This document shows positions 24,201 to 38,200 of a stretch of DNA of 64,000 nucleotides, in pieces. Made by a program: the position numbers and the translations under genes. Every line of letters starts with the position of its first letter. The stretch's first letter is position 1. The stretch comes from Haliotis rubra (taxonomy: Eukaryota). The stretch covers positions 2,604,001-2,668,000 of the forward strand of contig NW_025765336.1 of NCBI RefSeq assembly GCF_003918875.1, in the 5' to 3' direction. Under the pieces are notes generated by a model. The model was not told the DNA's origin. It searched no databases and worked only from the letters and a program-made list of their open reading frames with translations.

Positions 24201-25657
24201 TGAATGAATATATTCCAAATAAAACTGTAATAATTAGAACCAAAGATCCCGCGTGGATGAATAACGAAATCCGATCCTTAATAAGAAAACGAAATCGTGT
24301 TCATAAGATTGCAAAAAACAGTAACTTTCCTGATGATTGGACTAAGTTCAGAACACTTCGGAACAAAGGAAGGGCAACAGTTAGAAATGCAAAATGTGCT
24401 TTTGATGCACGAGTTGATGAATCTATAAATAACACTCATGGTACTAAAATGTGGTGGCGATTAGTTAAGAATTATGTAAAAACAAATTCGATAAAATCGT
24501 CCTTTCCATCAATTGTCAGCAATAACATAGTTTATGACAATGAACAAGATATTGCTGATGTACTCAACTCATTTTTCTCAGAACAATCCCAAGTTGCTGA
24601 TCCTAACGCCGATCTGCCTGATTTCGAACCGCGTGAAATCGATCATCCTCTGTCATCTATCACAATAAGTAATGGAGATGTTCGCGATATTCTTCTGAGT
24701 CTAGATACATCGAAAGCCATGGGGCCTGATGGCATTGGAAACATCATACTGAAACTAACTGCAACCTCTTTAAGCCCGTTGTTAGCTTAGTTGTTCAACA
24801 TCTCTTTTCGTAATAAAACGTATCCTACTTCTTGGAAACTAGCCTCGGTGATTCCGCTTCATAAGAAAGGTGATGAACACGATTGCTCAAACTATAGACC
24901 TGTAGCGTTAACAAGCTGTGTCGCTAAAGTTTTTGAAAAATGCACTTTTAAATACGTCTTCAACTTCCTCAGGGATAACAATATTTTATCAAACTTACAA
25001 TCTGGATTTATGCCTGGTGATTCTACAGTAAATCAACTAACTTATCTTTATAATTTTATCGCAAGTGCCGTAGACCAAGGAAAGGAAATCAGAGCGGTAT
25101 TCTGTGATGTAAGTAAAGCCTTTGACAAAGTTTGGCACAAAGGTATTATCAGAAACAGCTAAGTGTTCATGTGGTCATTATAACGAAGACGTCATTCACT
25201 ACCTTTTTACATGTCGGAACTATCAAAGTTAAGAACAACGGTGTATTTTCATATTCAAGGATACGATGTGAAAACTACCTTATACGGTAACCGTGCATTG
25301 GATAACTTGTGACATTCTCAACTCATTACACCAGTTCATTTCTAAAAGTAAGCGCTTCCAGTGATTATCACCTCTACATATACATGTATATTCAATGCAA
25401 GACAAGATTTATATAACTTGATTTTCTGCGGCAGCTCTTGTCGTTGCTAGGCACAACCAACACCATAACCAAATATTTATTATTCAATCATTTTTTTTAG
25501 TGTAATTTTGTCTCAGTATTATTCTTTTCTTGTCGGACTATTTCAATTATGTATCCAGCTATATTGGAACCGTGTACTGGAGCGGCGTTTATATAAGCCA
25601 CTAGGCTTGTTCGCCTATCCAGGTTTCTGCATTGACGGAATAAAAATATGTTTAAAC
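21290..25657 (+). mobile_element. CR1/L2-group LINE insertion with 15-bp TSD, internally deleted
   Basis: Perfect direct repeat CACTATACAAACGTG at 21275-21289 and 25658-25672; 3' end AATAAAAATATGTTTAAAC; contains APE and RT coding sequence. Confidence 0.88.
23415..25363 (+). pseudogene. LINE ORF2 (AP endonuclease plus partial reverse transcriptase), disrupted
   Basis: APE motifs ICLTETWL, RKDR..RGGGVAVYV, TRITASSKTLIDL and DHCP. RT motifs GPDG, NYRPVAL, QSGF and DVSKAFDKVWH. Stop at 24790. Sequence jumps directly to C-terminal CSCGHYNEDVIHYLFTC, so the YADD region is deleted. Confidence 0.92.
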
Positions 25658-28600
25658 CACTATACAAACGTGATTAGGATGTCGTAGTAAAATTTCTCTG
25701 GATGTGTTTGGTTTGTTTGGTATTTGAGGGAAGAAATGATGTGTGATATGTTTGATAATTTACATTCTAAATTCACAAAGATGTGTCCTTTTGCTGAAAC
25801 TTAATTTTGCTTTTATGGCAACATTTACTTTATTGATAAAAAATAGTGAGGGTTAGCCTCTTGTGCACTATAAGTTAATTCCAGCTTATAATTCAAGTAG
25901 ACTGTGCACCTAGAGGGGCAGAATACGTTCACGTTATGTCGAACCCTTGATTTCATTAAGAACTTATCGTGATTCATAAATAAATGCGTCTGATACACTG
26001 AGACCCGTACACGCGTGAATAATTGGTACTGATGAATTCAGCTGATATATATCATTATGGCCTAAATATTACTTTCATTTTGTAGATGTTGTTGAAATCA
26101 GGAAGAAGAATGTCCTAAATGTTATGTTTGTTTCATTCTTTAGGTATATGAATGTTGCTGTCTTTGTAATTCTATTTCTATATGTTCTATAATATTCGTT
26201 CATATATTTTCGTATTGTACACTATGCATATACACATCTATAGTAATTAAGGTTAAGATAATCATCTTTAAAATCAGCAATTTGATATATTTTCTATGCG
26301 TTCCAATGCAATAATTTTCAAGTACTTGTCATTTTGACCACAATCGTTCCTCAGTGGCAGGAGAGAATATTAACTGTTTACTTTACTTTTGTGTGTTGAG
26401 CTAAATCACTAGATGATACCCAGACCATTGATAAAATATGAATGTTTGTGAATGAATTAATGTAACACAAAGTTACTTAGTTTCACTTTCACGTCAATAC
26501 TTAATTTTAGACAACTGGCGCACATGAGCCAATTGTCTGTTGAATATCCATTGAAATCGTAATAGTTTCGATCTATGTGCTTTTATGATAAATGATCTTT
26601 GGTGATGTGAAAGCGTTAAACGAATTGATTTATCAATTGCCTAATTTGAAGTCACAACCGTCTATGTCTTTTTTGTCATAATCCTGTCTTAAATACATGT
26701 ACTTTCATAACCTTGTCACGGGCCTCAACATGTCTTCAGTAACTAGGAAGGTATCAAGTCCTTTAACGTGGGATATGTTTGTCATGCTTAAAGGGGGACA
26801 AACATATTCTCTGTTGCTGTTTGCAGGCTTACACCCCACAATAGTGACAAATACGTTCTCCTTAAATCAGGGTTCCGGGTAGCATTATCGCCTGCCTTTC
26901 TCTACCTCTTGGTCAATCCTTAGTTTCCAAACCTTATTCACATGATCATTTCATTCATGTTGAAATGTTTGGCTGGGAACCGACCACAAATCACATCTGG
27001 GCACAGCACAACATATTCAGCAACTGTGACCCTGTGAATTGTTTGTCCTGTGGAAAACAGCTTTTTGTATTCTATTAAGTTACGTCTCATTAGGGGGTCA
27101 TTTCCCACGATAAAGAATGCACCACATACTAACATGTTTATCACAAAGCAGATTTAATCGTGGTCCTGAGAACATTGGAAGACACAGACAGAAATTGGCT
27201 ACTTAGAAGTTCTAGTCTCATTAAAGAATGGATATATTTCCCTCTAGAAAAACGCCCCAACATTTTGTAACATCATGTAAAAGTATATCGTTGTTATTCA
27301 AAGAGTCGAAACTGCCTTTCCACGTAGCATTGTTGAGACGTCATGTGATTTTAGAGTGTTGAGAGATCACCATATTATGTTTTTTAAATAAACTGACGTA
27401 CAAAAGAAAGTACACACCTGGTGCTTTTGGATTACTTTCCAAAAAAGCGATGTAAATGTTTTGAAAAGAGTTTTTACAGTGATATATAAGGCACAGACAA
27501 AACACCACAGATAGCGTGCCCAATTGCGAAGTTGCCAGTCAAAATCAAAGTATAAAAATATTCCTCTACGCAACTAACCTTCCCCATGCTTAACAAAAAG
27601 GGCTTACAGTAAAGCCATATCTTACAGGCTACAACGCTTGACAGAAAACTTCTGTTTTGAAGAGTATCGGTAGATTAGAGGTGTCGGACTGGAATGTTTT
27701 ATTACCGTTTGTGGATTACCACGTGCACGGATAATCCCCTGGTATTATGAAGCTAAGGCCTGTAACCTTTGTTCTACGACTATAAATCTCGAATCGATGC
27801 ACTGAGGTTTTAGGGAATAATTCATTTGAAGTGCACCTTTATGCCTTTCTGACTTAAGACTTGATTCTATAAGCCGTGTGTGCGCCAACTGATCCCTTAT
27901 CTCACTTTAGTTTTCGAATCTGTATTTGCCTGTAGCAGGTATATTGCATGGATATATGCTCCTTTTATCGAAATATCTAGTTAAAAACTACACTGTATTG
28001 TGGTAGTAATGGCAGTATATGTGATATTTATGAATATTATTAATATGCCCCATACAGACAGATCGTCATTATTTACAGTGTTTAACACAACAGTCTGTGG
28101 CTGAAAAATAATTAATTTGCAAACATTAATAAAATCCATATGTTCGCTGAAACTTAATGTATCACTTAAAACATCAGTTCCCTTGTCAGGAGATTTCATA
28201 CATTGTCCATGTTGCCTTTGTCTGATTTTATGAATTAATCTGGCTTGGCCAAATATTTCAAAGCAATGTCAAGATCTTTACTCTCCAGTTGACACTGTGA
28301 GTTCTTTCATAAGAGTCCATTTTTTATTCCAGCTTTGTTAAAGTGTTTCTGAATCACTATCAACAACTGATGATACAAAGATTTGAATGGTTTTGTGTTT
28401 TTATCATTTTATCTTCATGTTGTGGAAAATTACACCATGGTCAATCAAGTACACCTTGTGTTTAAATACCAGGAAATTACGTTTCATAAATATCACGCAA
28501 ACATTTTCCACGAATTTCGATCAGATATTGTTTTGGCTTGGAATTGACACCATAATTGATATTATGGCAATCATAACATTTGTATTCATAGGTGACCTCA

Positions 28601-29417
28601 GTTGTCAATCTGACTCAGTTCCGTTCACTTTCTTATAATTGTCGCTAAATCATACCGTATTCATAATTTGTGATTTTATTAATTTTCAAGTTGAATTGCC
28701 TTGCTGGTGTCATTACACTTCTGTTTCTGTCTATATAATATGTGTCATCAAAGTCAAAAGTCGTTATTTATTTAGTGCAGTCCATGAGTTATTTGGTCGG
28801 GGCAGTTACGCGAAACCGAAACTGCGTCTTACTGGTTGGCGTAACGGTCGTGAAACAATTGTGCAAATGACGTAGCCGATTTTGATTGTCCTCGGCATGT
28901 GACGTCACATGTGGTCGTCCTGACCAGATGCGTTCAGATGTCGTACCCGTTTGATACACGTGTCCTCAGGTTTTGACTTGTCCGTCTACTGCACCTCATG
29001 ACACGTGCAACAGACACAGTGGACTGGCCAGTGTTGGGCTTGCCAATTTTACGTTCACGTTCAACATTTGTAAGGCACGGTATGAGAACTGTTTATCTTT
29101 CAAGGATTGTTGACGTGTGTTTTTTCGAATCACCAACAATTCATTCCACGTGTTGGTGGTTAGGCACATGGAATTGAGGTCACCTGATCCGTCACACATG
29201 CAAGGTCGCGTTTTCACAAAAGGCATGCTGCATGCACCTTGCGTGGTTCACCACAGTGGGAGGATACGTTTGTTTAGACATGGGCATTACGGTATTCGCC
29301 CATATTAATTACCTTGTACTACCCATTTTCAATATAATTCATTTCTCCAAGTGTGAAATTTCTTTCTGTAGTATATTTTACAGACTGCGTGTGATCATTA
29401 CGTACATTCAAGATATA

Positions 29418-31049
29418 CTCAGCAGCATAAAAAACGTCATACGAATTCAATATTAGATAGGCACTGTAATCAAATCATTACAGAAACGGACATAATAAGC
29501 AGATCAAAAACATTTTTTTGTGTACAATATTTGGACACATCAATGAATAGTGAGTGAGTTAGTTCAGTTTTACGCCGCTTTTAACCATATTCCAGCTATA
29601 TCACGGCGGGGGACACCAGAAATGGGCTTCAGACATTGTACCTACGTGGGGAATACATCAATGAATAATTTCAAGACATGACGTGAACGTTTGCAGTCCA
29701 TTCAGACCCTTGACTTCAGTATCTAGTGTGACCACCACGAGCGGCAATAACTGCAGCACAGCGTTTATGCATGAAGTGCACCAGTCGATTGATGAAGGCC
29801 ATTGGCACCTTGAACCACACTCTGAGAAAAGGCCTGGCACAATAAATCGGCTGTGTTCGGCCTTGGTATGACATTATTCTGTCTCCTCTGAATTTCATCC
29901 CAAAGATGTTCAATTGGGTTTAAATCAGGACGAAGGGCCGGCCACTGCATAATGTTGACACTGTTCTGCTGTAGGAAGTCTCGTGTAGCTCTGGCAGTGT
30001 GGGCCCGGGCGTTATCATGCTGGAATATATTGTTCCAGTGACGTGCGAAATGTGGTATGACATGGGGTCTGAGAGCTCGGTCGATGTAGCGCACCGCTGT
30101 GATGCCATCTCCTCTCCCTGGACCAAGGTTCTGGAACACCACAGGACCCACTCTGGTTCAGGCCTATTCCACCCCATACCATGATGCTTCCACCTCCCCA
30201 TGAGTCTCTTTCCATATCATATTGGTCTGAGTAACGCTGGCCACGTCATCGCCATATTCTTGTTCTGCCATCTGCAGTTGATACGCAGTACCGACTCTCA
30301 TCTGTGAATAGAACAGTTCTCCATTGCCTGTATCGCCAGTTTTGGTGTTGTAGGGCAAACTGTAGACGTTCACGCCAATGACGAGGGGTGAGGATAGGTC
30401 CACGGTAAGGTCTACGGCGATGGAGGTTCCCTCTGTTAAGACGTCGGCGTACTGTATCAGTACTGATTGGTCTTCCGTGTGTTCCCACTGTCTGGCGTGC
30501 TGTTTCGGATGCCTGCATGAAGGGATTATGTACATGCTGTCGCACAACATGGCGGTCTTGTCGTCTTGTGGTCACCCTTGGTCTGCCAGTACGGGGACGA
30601 GCATTTGTGGTGTTGGTGGCCCGGAAACGTTGCTGCAGCCTGTAAATGGTCCGAACGTTGACCTGGAAGTGATTGGCAACGGCTTGTGCAGTGTGGCCAG
30701 CTTCAAGTCTTCCTAGCGCCTGGTTCCTCTCGAGCTGTCGTGAGTCGCGACATCCATCCTTGTGATGTGAATGTTTCAACCAGGTTTGGGGGTGCATTTT
30801 ATAGGGCTGGTCCTTGTGAACAGCACGTGCAGCATGAGTTGCATGAAAAACATGGAGAACACCGTACCATCTCCGAGATCAGGTTGCGTTTATGAAACGA
30901 TTTCCTGGGTTCCATTAGGGAAGAAATGTCTATGCTCAAGTAAAGTCGGAGATGTTGTCAAAAATATACAATCAAAGCATTAAATGAGTTAACATTTATC
31001 CGTTTCTGCTAAGGAAAATTCAAAAACTGACGTTTCTGTTGCTGCTTAG
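29418..31049 (-). mobile_element. Tc1 (DD34E) DNA transposon, near full-length, decayed
   Basis: TIRs CT(C/A)AGCAGCA..A.AAACGTCA with TA flanks. Transposase motifs GRPRVTT, VLFTDES, IMVWGGI, FQHDNARAH and PDLNPIEHLW lie in broken frames 29716-30750. Confidence 0.93.
29550..29654 (-). mobile_element. SINE family A, 5'-truncated, nested in Tc1, 13-bp TSD
   Basis: TSD ACATCAATGAATA at 29537-29549 and 29655-29667. Confidence 0.9.
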
Positions 31050-32883
31050 TATACTTTAGCAAGCGTAAATCATCATACTATACACGGTCACAGCAAAAAC
31101 TATCGTTTTGGTGGATTGGGACGTTATCTACAGGTATGTTCAACCTACAACCGGCATGGTACTCACCGTTGTATTACACAAATGAGTCTCTCAGTGTTCA
31201 GCTTCATAATAGCGTCTTTCCAGGAAAACATCAGTTCGGTTCCAAAGTCAGTTGGACTATTTGATCAGCAATGGGCAGTGAAGTTAATGGAAGACAATTT
31301 CCGCCAGATCGGACTTTGGGGCTTGAGGGATAGTCTTTCTGAACATGTACTACTCGTAATGGGGATTTCTTTTCAAATTAATTGGGAACATATGTACAAT
31401 AGCATTATTTAATACAATTTGTTGAAGTATATTAGTTCATCGAAGTTCCTGTACTTTGCTTGACAGGGTTATGGGGATGTTTTAGGTTGGTTATTATTGG
31501 TCGCCATTGACAGCCTTTGAATACATTCACATTATATGAGGATGCCTCCTTCTTACCTCAATTCGTGACACTTTCACAGACTATGGACACACTTCAATTC
31601 GTGACTTCCTGCATTGTACTCAATGTTCTAAATCTTTTCTATGCTAAAAGACAATAATTCAGGCAAAGTAAATTTGCTTTTCAGAAAATACAGTGTTTGG
31701 TATGTGTAGATATTCAAAAAAAATAACCTGAAACTCCTTGGTGAAGGTATTAAGTGATGTGACATGGGCTGGTGGTTGATTAACGAGGACGTTATTGGTT
31801 GTCTTTGCATGCATCTTAACTATGAATAACGTCTAATATATAACGCATCTAGACCGTCAACTTTTCAAGGTCACTCAAAACAGAAGTATAATTCTAAGTT
31901 ACATGCAAAGTTTCATTAGGATGCAGATATCCCTTTCATCATGTTTCAATATTCCACACAATATTCAACTTGGAAAATGTAGGACGAAACAATGATGGAT
32001 AAAATAATTTTAGCGTGGTGAGAATTCATCTAGACGTGTTCTTGTATTCTCCTTTAATCCTGTCTGAAGTACCGGTACTTTCATAATCTTGTCACTGGTC
32101 TCAACATGTTTCTTTAACAGGGAAGGTATTGATTACTTGAACTTGGTCGCTTTCTGTTACATTGCTGTTTCGTGGGGACCAAAGATATATATTCTTACAT
32201 CAAGATTTGCGTAGCTATATCTTTTTCTGCCATTAAGTCTTGTCGATGCTGTTAATCAAGAAGATTGACACTTTCTTATCAATGAGATATGCCTTTGGAT
32301 ACCAATCGCATATCAGAGCTAGAGCACCATGAGCATGGTAAATGTACGTCGATCTTACCTCGTGAGTTCATCCTCACTTGCAAAAATCGGTGATTTAATG
32401 ACAGGACCAGTATGTCTAGATACGTCCTCACTTAGCTGTGCACACACATCTTTTCTCTACGAACAAATATTNNNNNNNNNNNNNNNNNNNNNNNNNNNNN
32501 NNNNNNNNNNNNNNNNNNNNNNNNNNNNNNNNNNNNNNNNNNNNNNNNNNNNNNNNNNNNNNNNNNNNNNNNNNNNNNNNNNNNNNNNNNNNNNNNNNNN
32601 NNNTGAAAATAGCAATTTCATGTAGCAATGAATTATAACGTGATTCATTTTACAAAAGGTTTTGCTCTGTTTATGAGTCCTATGGTGTTTATGTTTGGAA
32701 ACATCACAACAAAACGCACCATCCGTAAAATACCCGTATTTAACAGCATGATTTTCAATTTCGGCATGTAGTGTCACAGCATACACAATTCACATGCAAG
32801 TTGGGGATCAGATAGTCTCAATGATGGGAATAAACGGTTGATCTCTGTCTGTCTGTATTTGGAATATTGTTGACGAACGCAAA

Positions 32884-33763
32884 ATGCCACGTCTAAGTGA
32901 AGCCAATCGTCATATCGCCATTAATTTGCTTGAAGCTGGCCAGTCTCAACGTGCAGTTGCCCGACGCATGAATGTTCACCAAAGCACCATTTCACGGCTC
33001 TGGGAGATATCGCCGGCAGAATTCGGTAGCAGATGCCCTCGTAGTGGGCGACCTCGAGCGACCACTGCAGCGCAGGATCGCTACATCCGGGAACATCACC
33101 TGCGTCATCGAACAGCTACGGCGACCAGTACCGCTCGACAAATACCCGGATTGAGGAGGCTTTCTGCACAGACCGCCAGGAACAGGTTGAGAGAGGCTGG
33201 TTTATGTGCCAGAACACCTTATTTTGGCCCTGTTCTTCCACAAAAACATCGTCGAGTTCAATGGTGCACCAACGTTCAGGCCTGGAACCTACCGAATTGG
33301 CGTAGAATCTGGTTCAGTGATGATCACAGGGAGCGATCACCTGCCGTAGGAGAAGTGATTTGGTGATGATCCAGGGCAACCTGACAGCTCAACGGTACTG
33401 TGACGAAATCCTACGCCCACACCTCCTTCCAATCATTGATCGCCAGAGGGAGTTGTTTCAACAGAACAGTGCCAGACCCCACACAACACGTCACACTAGA
33501 GACTTCCTCCAGAACCACAACATCAATGTGCTCCCCTGGCCCTCAAGATACCGGACTTAAACCCGATTGAACATCTGTGGGATGCCCTGGACAGACGGAT
33601 GCGACGCCGTAACCCTCAGCCCCAGACACTTCAGCAAATCGCACAGGCACTACAGGCAGAGTGGGCTGCGATTGGGCAACACGAGATTCTGAGACTTATT
33701 CGTTCGTTGCCGAGGCGATGCCATGCAGTTCTGGATGCCCACGGTGGTCACACGAGGTATTGA
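32884..33763 (+). mobile_element. Tc1 transposase pseudogene, second family
   Basis: MPRLS...SGRPRATT..QDRYIR, IWFSD, FQQNSARPH, VLPWP..PDLNPIEHLW, with frameshifts and an internal deletion. The 5' TIR probably lies in the N-gap. Confidence 0.9.
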
Positions 33764-35194
33764 CTTCAGCGCCACCACACGTCTCCATGTGACACTCAAA
33801 CTGACTTTCCTCAAGTTGGCGCCAAAGACGGATAAGTCTGCATTCCCCGAGTGCATTTTCGCTATATTTCATTGACTCATAAAGCCTACAAGATGTTTCA
33901 AAATAAACATAAAATCCATATCTGAATAACTGACGACAGCATCAAGTCACCATTCATTGTGTGTGACCAAAAGGTCCATGGCTGGATGCTGCATTTTGGC
34001 AGAACACAATTAACTGACTTTACACCATGTGATCCATGTCCGGAGACACGTTGGGTACAGTGATGCTGTTTGTGGTACCTGAAATTTGAAACATTGTCAG
34101 ATATTTGAGGGTGCTGATTTTTGTCTGAGAATGGTTCTTAAATTTAAGGTACCAATTCCCTTGTTAGCAAATTTCATATCAGCAACATGTGGCCTCTAAC
34201 CTAATAGAGATTGCGGGGGAAAGGTCAAAGTTAAGAACTCAAGAACTCTAGTCGAGACTGACTGTTCTTTGATGAGAGTCCCTATACGATTACCGCTTTG
34301 TCCCAATAATATGTTTATAGATCATTTTATCATTGATACATGTATTTGTTGAAACCACACACATAACTAATAAAATAAGCCTTGCATCTACCACAAATCT
34401 CACAAAGAATACTTTGTCCACGAATTGTGAAAGCACACTCTGTTATGCTGTACCTGCAATGGGACCACTGCTAGTGATATCACTAATGGTATTTCGGGAA
34501 TAAATATTACTTGTATTTCAATAATATGTAATCACAACACTTCACCTTCACACCCATAGTTGGCTCCAGATATTCCAGGTGACCAAATTACAGCAAGGAC
34601 TGGGGAGTTGACGTATTTGTTAGTTTAATAGTGATATGTTCGATTTATATTCATGTTTAATTTCTTCTTATTCAGATTTGAAAACCCTGACAAATCATAT
34701 GTGAGTATGAATATGTGCCACCACCCACATCTTTATCTTTTCGAGGTATTCAAAGACACAGAGCCTTTTACATTACTCGAAATTACACTGTATTGTAAAT
34801 TACGATAACTGCACATCAGGCTAATAATTCTATGCAATCGATTCTCCCGCAGTAATTTGAACGTTTTCCCTCACCAAATTTATTCAGGCTTAATATATTG
34901 CATATCATCTCCTTGCTGACAGACAGTAGCAGTTATGCCTCAGCATATGACAGACTTTAAGAAACGTTAAAGTTTTGCGGATCGAGGTAAAGCTATGTCT
35001 GGCTTGAGAAAAAAACAAACAGTTCAGCTACATGTCGGGCACAGATAAAATATTAAAGCAGCAATACAGTACGAAATCGTGAAAACAGAAAGCCCTAAAC
35101 AGCCTAGTATGTGCCCCAGTTCTTATTTGTATATCTCCACCCTCGCCCATCGCCAATACACATGCATGACATTGGTCACTATGACAACATCATG

Positions 35195-35203
35195 GTATAT
35201 ATG
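35195..35203 (+). promoter_or_regulatory. Candidate TATA box of the EGF/GPI gene
   Basis: GTATATATG about 45 nt upstream of ATG 35243. Confidence 0.4.
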
Positions 35204-35242
35204 GGCATGGGACATTCGAGAGTTGACAAGAAGGCGAAGAAC

Positions 35243-38200
35243 ATGCAGCTTTTCAGAGTTCCTATTTCCTTACCTTTACTGGGTAAGTTAGTCATCATGA
35301 AAAGTTATTTCCTTTCCATTCTTTAATGATAACTGTAGGGTACAAGAAACGATTGAGTAATGTACATTTACGATAAAATTATGCACTGATAGAAATGTTA
35401 ATTGTGGAATGATTATTACGTACTCTTACATAAAATTAGTAACAATGTTGTATTTATGTAACACTTTATGGAAATATGCAAATAAAACAATAATGCTGGA
35501 AATGTCACAATTTTTTCCCTTTTCTCAGTTTTGTCATGCTGGGCAGTACTTGATGGCGTCTATGGATGTACGGTTCCGGATGATTGCCATCATTCAGGAA
35601 AATGCATAACGGCTACAAAAACATGTAACTGTATCGGTACTGGATATACAGGGGAAACCTGTGACGATGGTTAATGAGTAGAAATATGTCAACACATTTC
35701 AACAAATTTATTTAAACTAATCCGTTACATTTAGCTGGAAATGTAGCTATGGGATTTAAACAGGACACCGTGCGGTTAGTATGTCGAATCTACGTCTTAG
35801 TATGAGTGATGCAAGAAGTGAATCGAAGTCAATTAAATAAATCAATAGTTAGAGTTGAATGTGTTTTGAATCGCTACTGCATCATCAAACCACCAAGATG
35901 GCCTTTGTATTCGTTGTGACGTATAATGGTGTGTTTGCCTTCACTCTAATCACTTATTCTGAGGTAGGAATTTTTTAACTATCTCTCATTTGCAATACCA
36001 AGGATGCTTAAACAATTTGATTTTGTTGATTCCATTCTCCCCCAAATCAAATCTGTAATAATAAACTTTCGAGTTTGTGTCCTCGTACACAATTTCTGCC
36101 ACAAATGTGTGACGATACCAGGATCATATTAAGTTAAAATCATGTAAAATTGCATTTCCAACACTTCTTGTTTATTATTTCAACCATGCACACTCGTAAT
36201 ATTTGCACATTGTATTATATGAAAGCTCTGTGTGCACGTTCTTTTCTAAGTATTCATCAGTATTAATGGAGACGAGTGCATTGTTAAAGAGAGATACCTT
36301 TATGTCCCCTGGGGGTTCTAGGGAGAGAGTGAATCAGTGTGTGTGTAAATGTTCTATTATACAAGTTTCATTACATCAAAGTACATTTGTGTCGACGTAT
36401 TCACTACAACAGAGACAAATGAATGTAAAACCTCCCATGCTCCCTGTGATGAACACGCTGACTGTACAAATACACCTGGATCCTACAACTGTACATGCAA
36501 GCCTGGCTATGCTGGAGATGGAAACACTTGCACAGGTAAAAATAGACGAGACCAACACGTGGTTACTCCGATTTGATATCAATATCTACGTATTGTTTTG
36601 ATAATCATAAAAATATTTAGGTATTAGTCTGATTAATATTGGTATAATTGCATGTAATGTGTGAATTATTGTAGGATTAGTAGCATCTGCAGTATTATTT
36701 GTATGGGCGGAGATATTAACTGCAGCAGTAGTAATTGTAATAGTGGTAGTAATTGCAGGAGAATCACTTGAGTAGTAATAGCAGCAGCAGTGACATCGTA
36801 ATGGTAGTAGCAGTAGTAATGATAGAATCAGCAGTGGCAGTGTAAGTAGTAGTAGCATAATACCAGCTAGCAGTGGTATTAATAGCAGCAAATGTAGTAA
36901 TAGCGGCAGCAATGGCAATGGTAGCAGCAGCAATAATGGTTTCAGCAGTGGTAACGGCTGTGGCGGAGGTGGAGGTAGTGAAAAGCTATAGAATAACAAA
37001 TGTGTCGTGGTATCTCTTAATGAGATATCGAAAGGAATGACCAATATATGTCCGATAAATATGATGTCATATTGTCCGTGTTTGTTCATCCACAAACATC
37101 GTAACCTCGTAGTTACAAGTAGTATATTTTCACTGTTTCGAATTTCGAATTAATTTTCAGTCCAACAATTATGTTTCCTCATTTTCCAGAGGGAGTGTGT
37201 TCTAAGGATGGGAAAGAATGCCTCAATGGAGGAAAATGCGAAACAAGCAAGACTCCCACCACGTGTACTTGTGCAAGCGGTTACAAAGGAGCCAATCTGT
37301 CAAAATGGTGAGGAAACATTTGTAAAGAGCATTAAATCTATGAAATCTTCAAACAACGTCAAAGTTATTTGATCAGGGTTTGATCCACAACCTTCCTAAC
37401 GTTCTCAAACAATTCTTAGTGTAGAAATAGTGAGGAAGATTCTAGTAATGGTTTAGTACCAAAATGGTGTCCGATGCAATTTCCATGTTCTAATTGTGAA
37501 CAATTGACTTGCACTTGCGTGTGTTTGTGACTGCCGTAATCGATTGTGTAGGATACTCAAACGTTTTTGCGAACACCAGGTATGATCGTTATTTAATATT
37601 GGCACGTGATTAGAGCTGGAATCGTACAATGTTTCTTTCTGCAATAATAGAGACTGGTTGTCCTCTTCCTTTGGTGTACTATAATTTCGTAGATTAAATA
37701 TATGTTATCCAACCCGAATAGAATAAGTCGAAGTTTAAACGTCATAGTGTTTATAGATATTAAAGAGTTTTAATGAAAACTTGTTGACGAGTTACATGTA
37801 ACAATCTTGAATACCCCTCACCACTGATATCCGTGATTCAAGCACTGAAAAAGAGCTTCCGGTTACTTGTTCTAATCAATGTTTATGTGTATACTGTTGT
37901 CTGGCTGTACCTTTAACACTTAAATAGCGGGAGAGTGAGATCACTCATAAGAAAGGTTATTATCATATACACATCAGTCTTCTGTTTCAACCGAATTGAC
38001 AATATTAATAATCGATAAACATTTCCAAAAATATAAAGTAACAACTGAGATAAGGTACATGTAAAAACACCAGTAGTTAGAATTGAATGTGTTCTAAATC
38101 GCTGAAGGATTTGTCAAACATTCACAAGAGAGTTTAACGTTGAGACAAAGAAACTGTTTCTAATTCCATAGGAAAGGTGTGAATTCTGTATAACAATTTA

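Noticed and set aside
36586-37095. Leu-rich or Ser/Ala-rich ORFs (also at 38793-39125 and 40879-41154)
   Set aside because: Translations of an intronic (AGT/AGC)n low-complexity block; frames are not preserved between the three copies.
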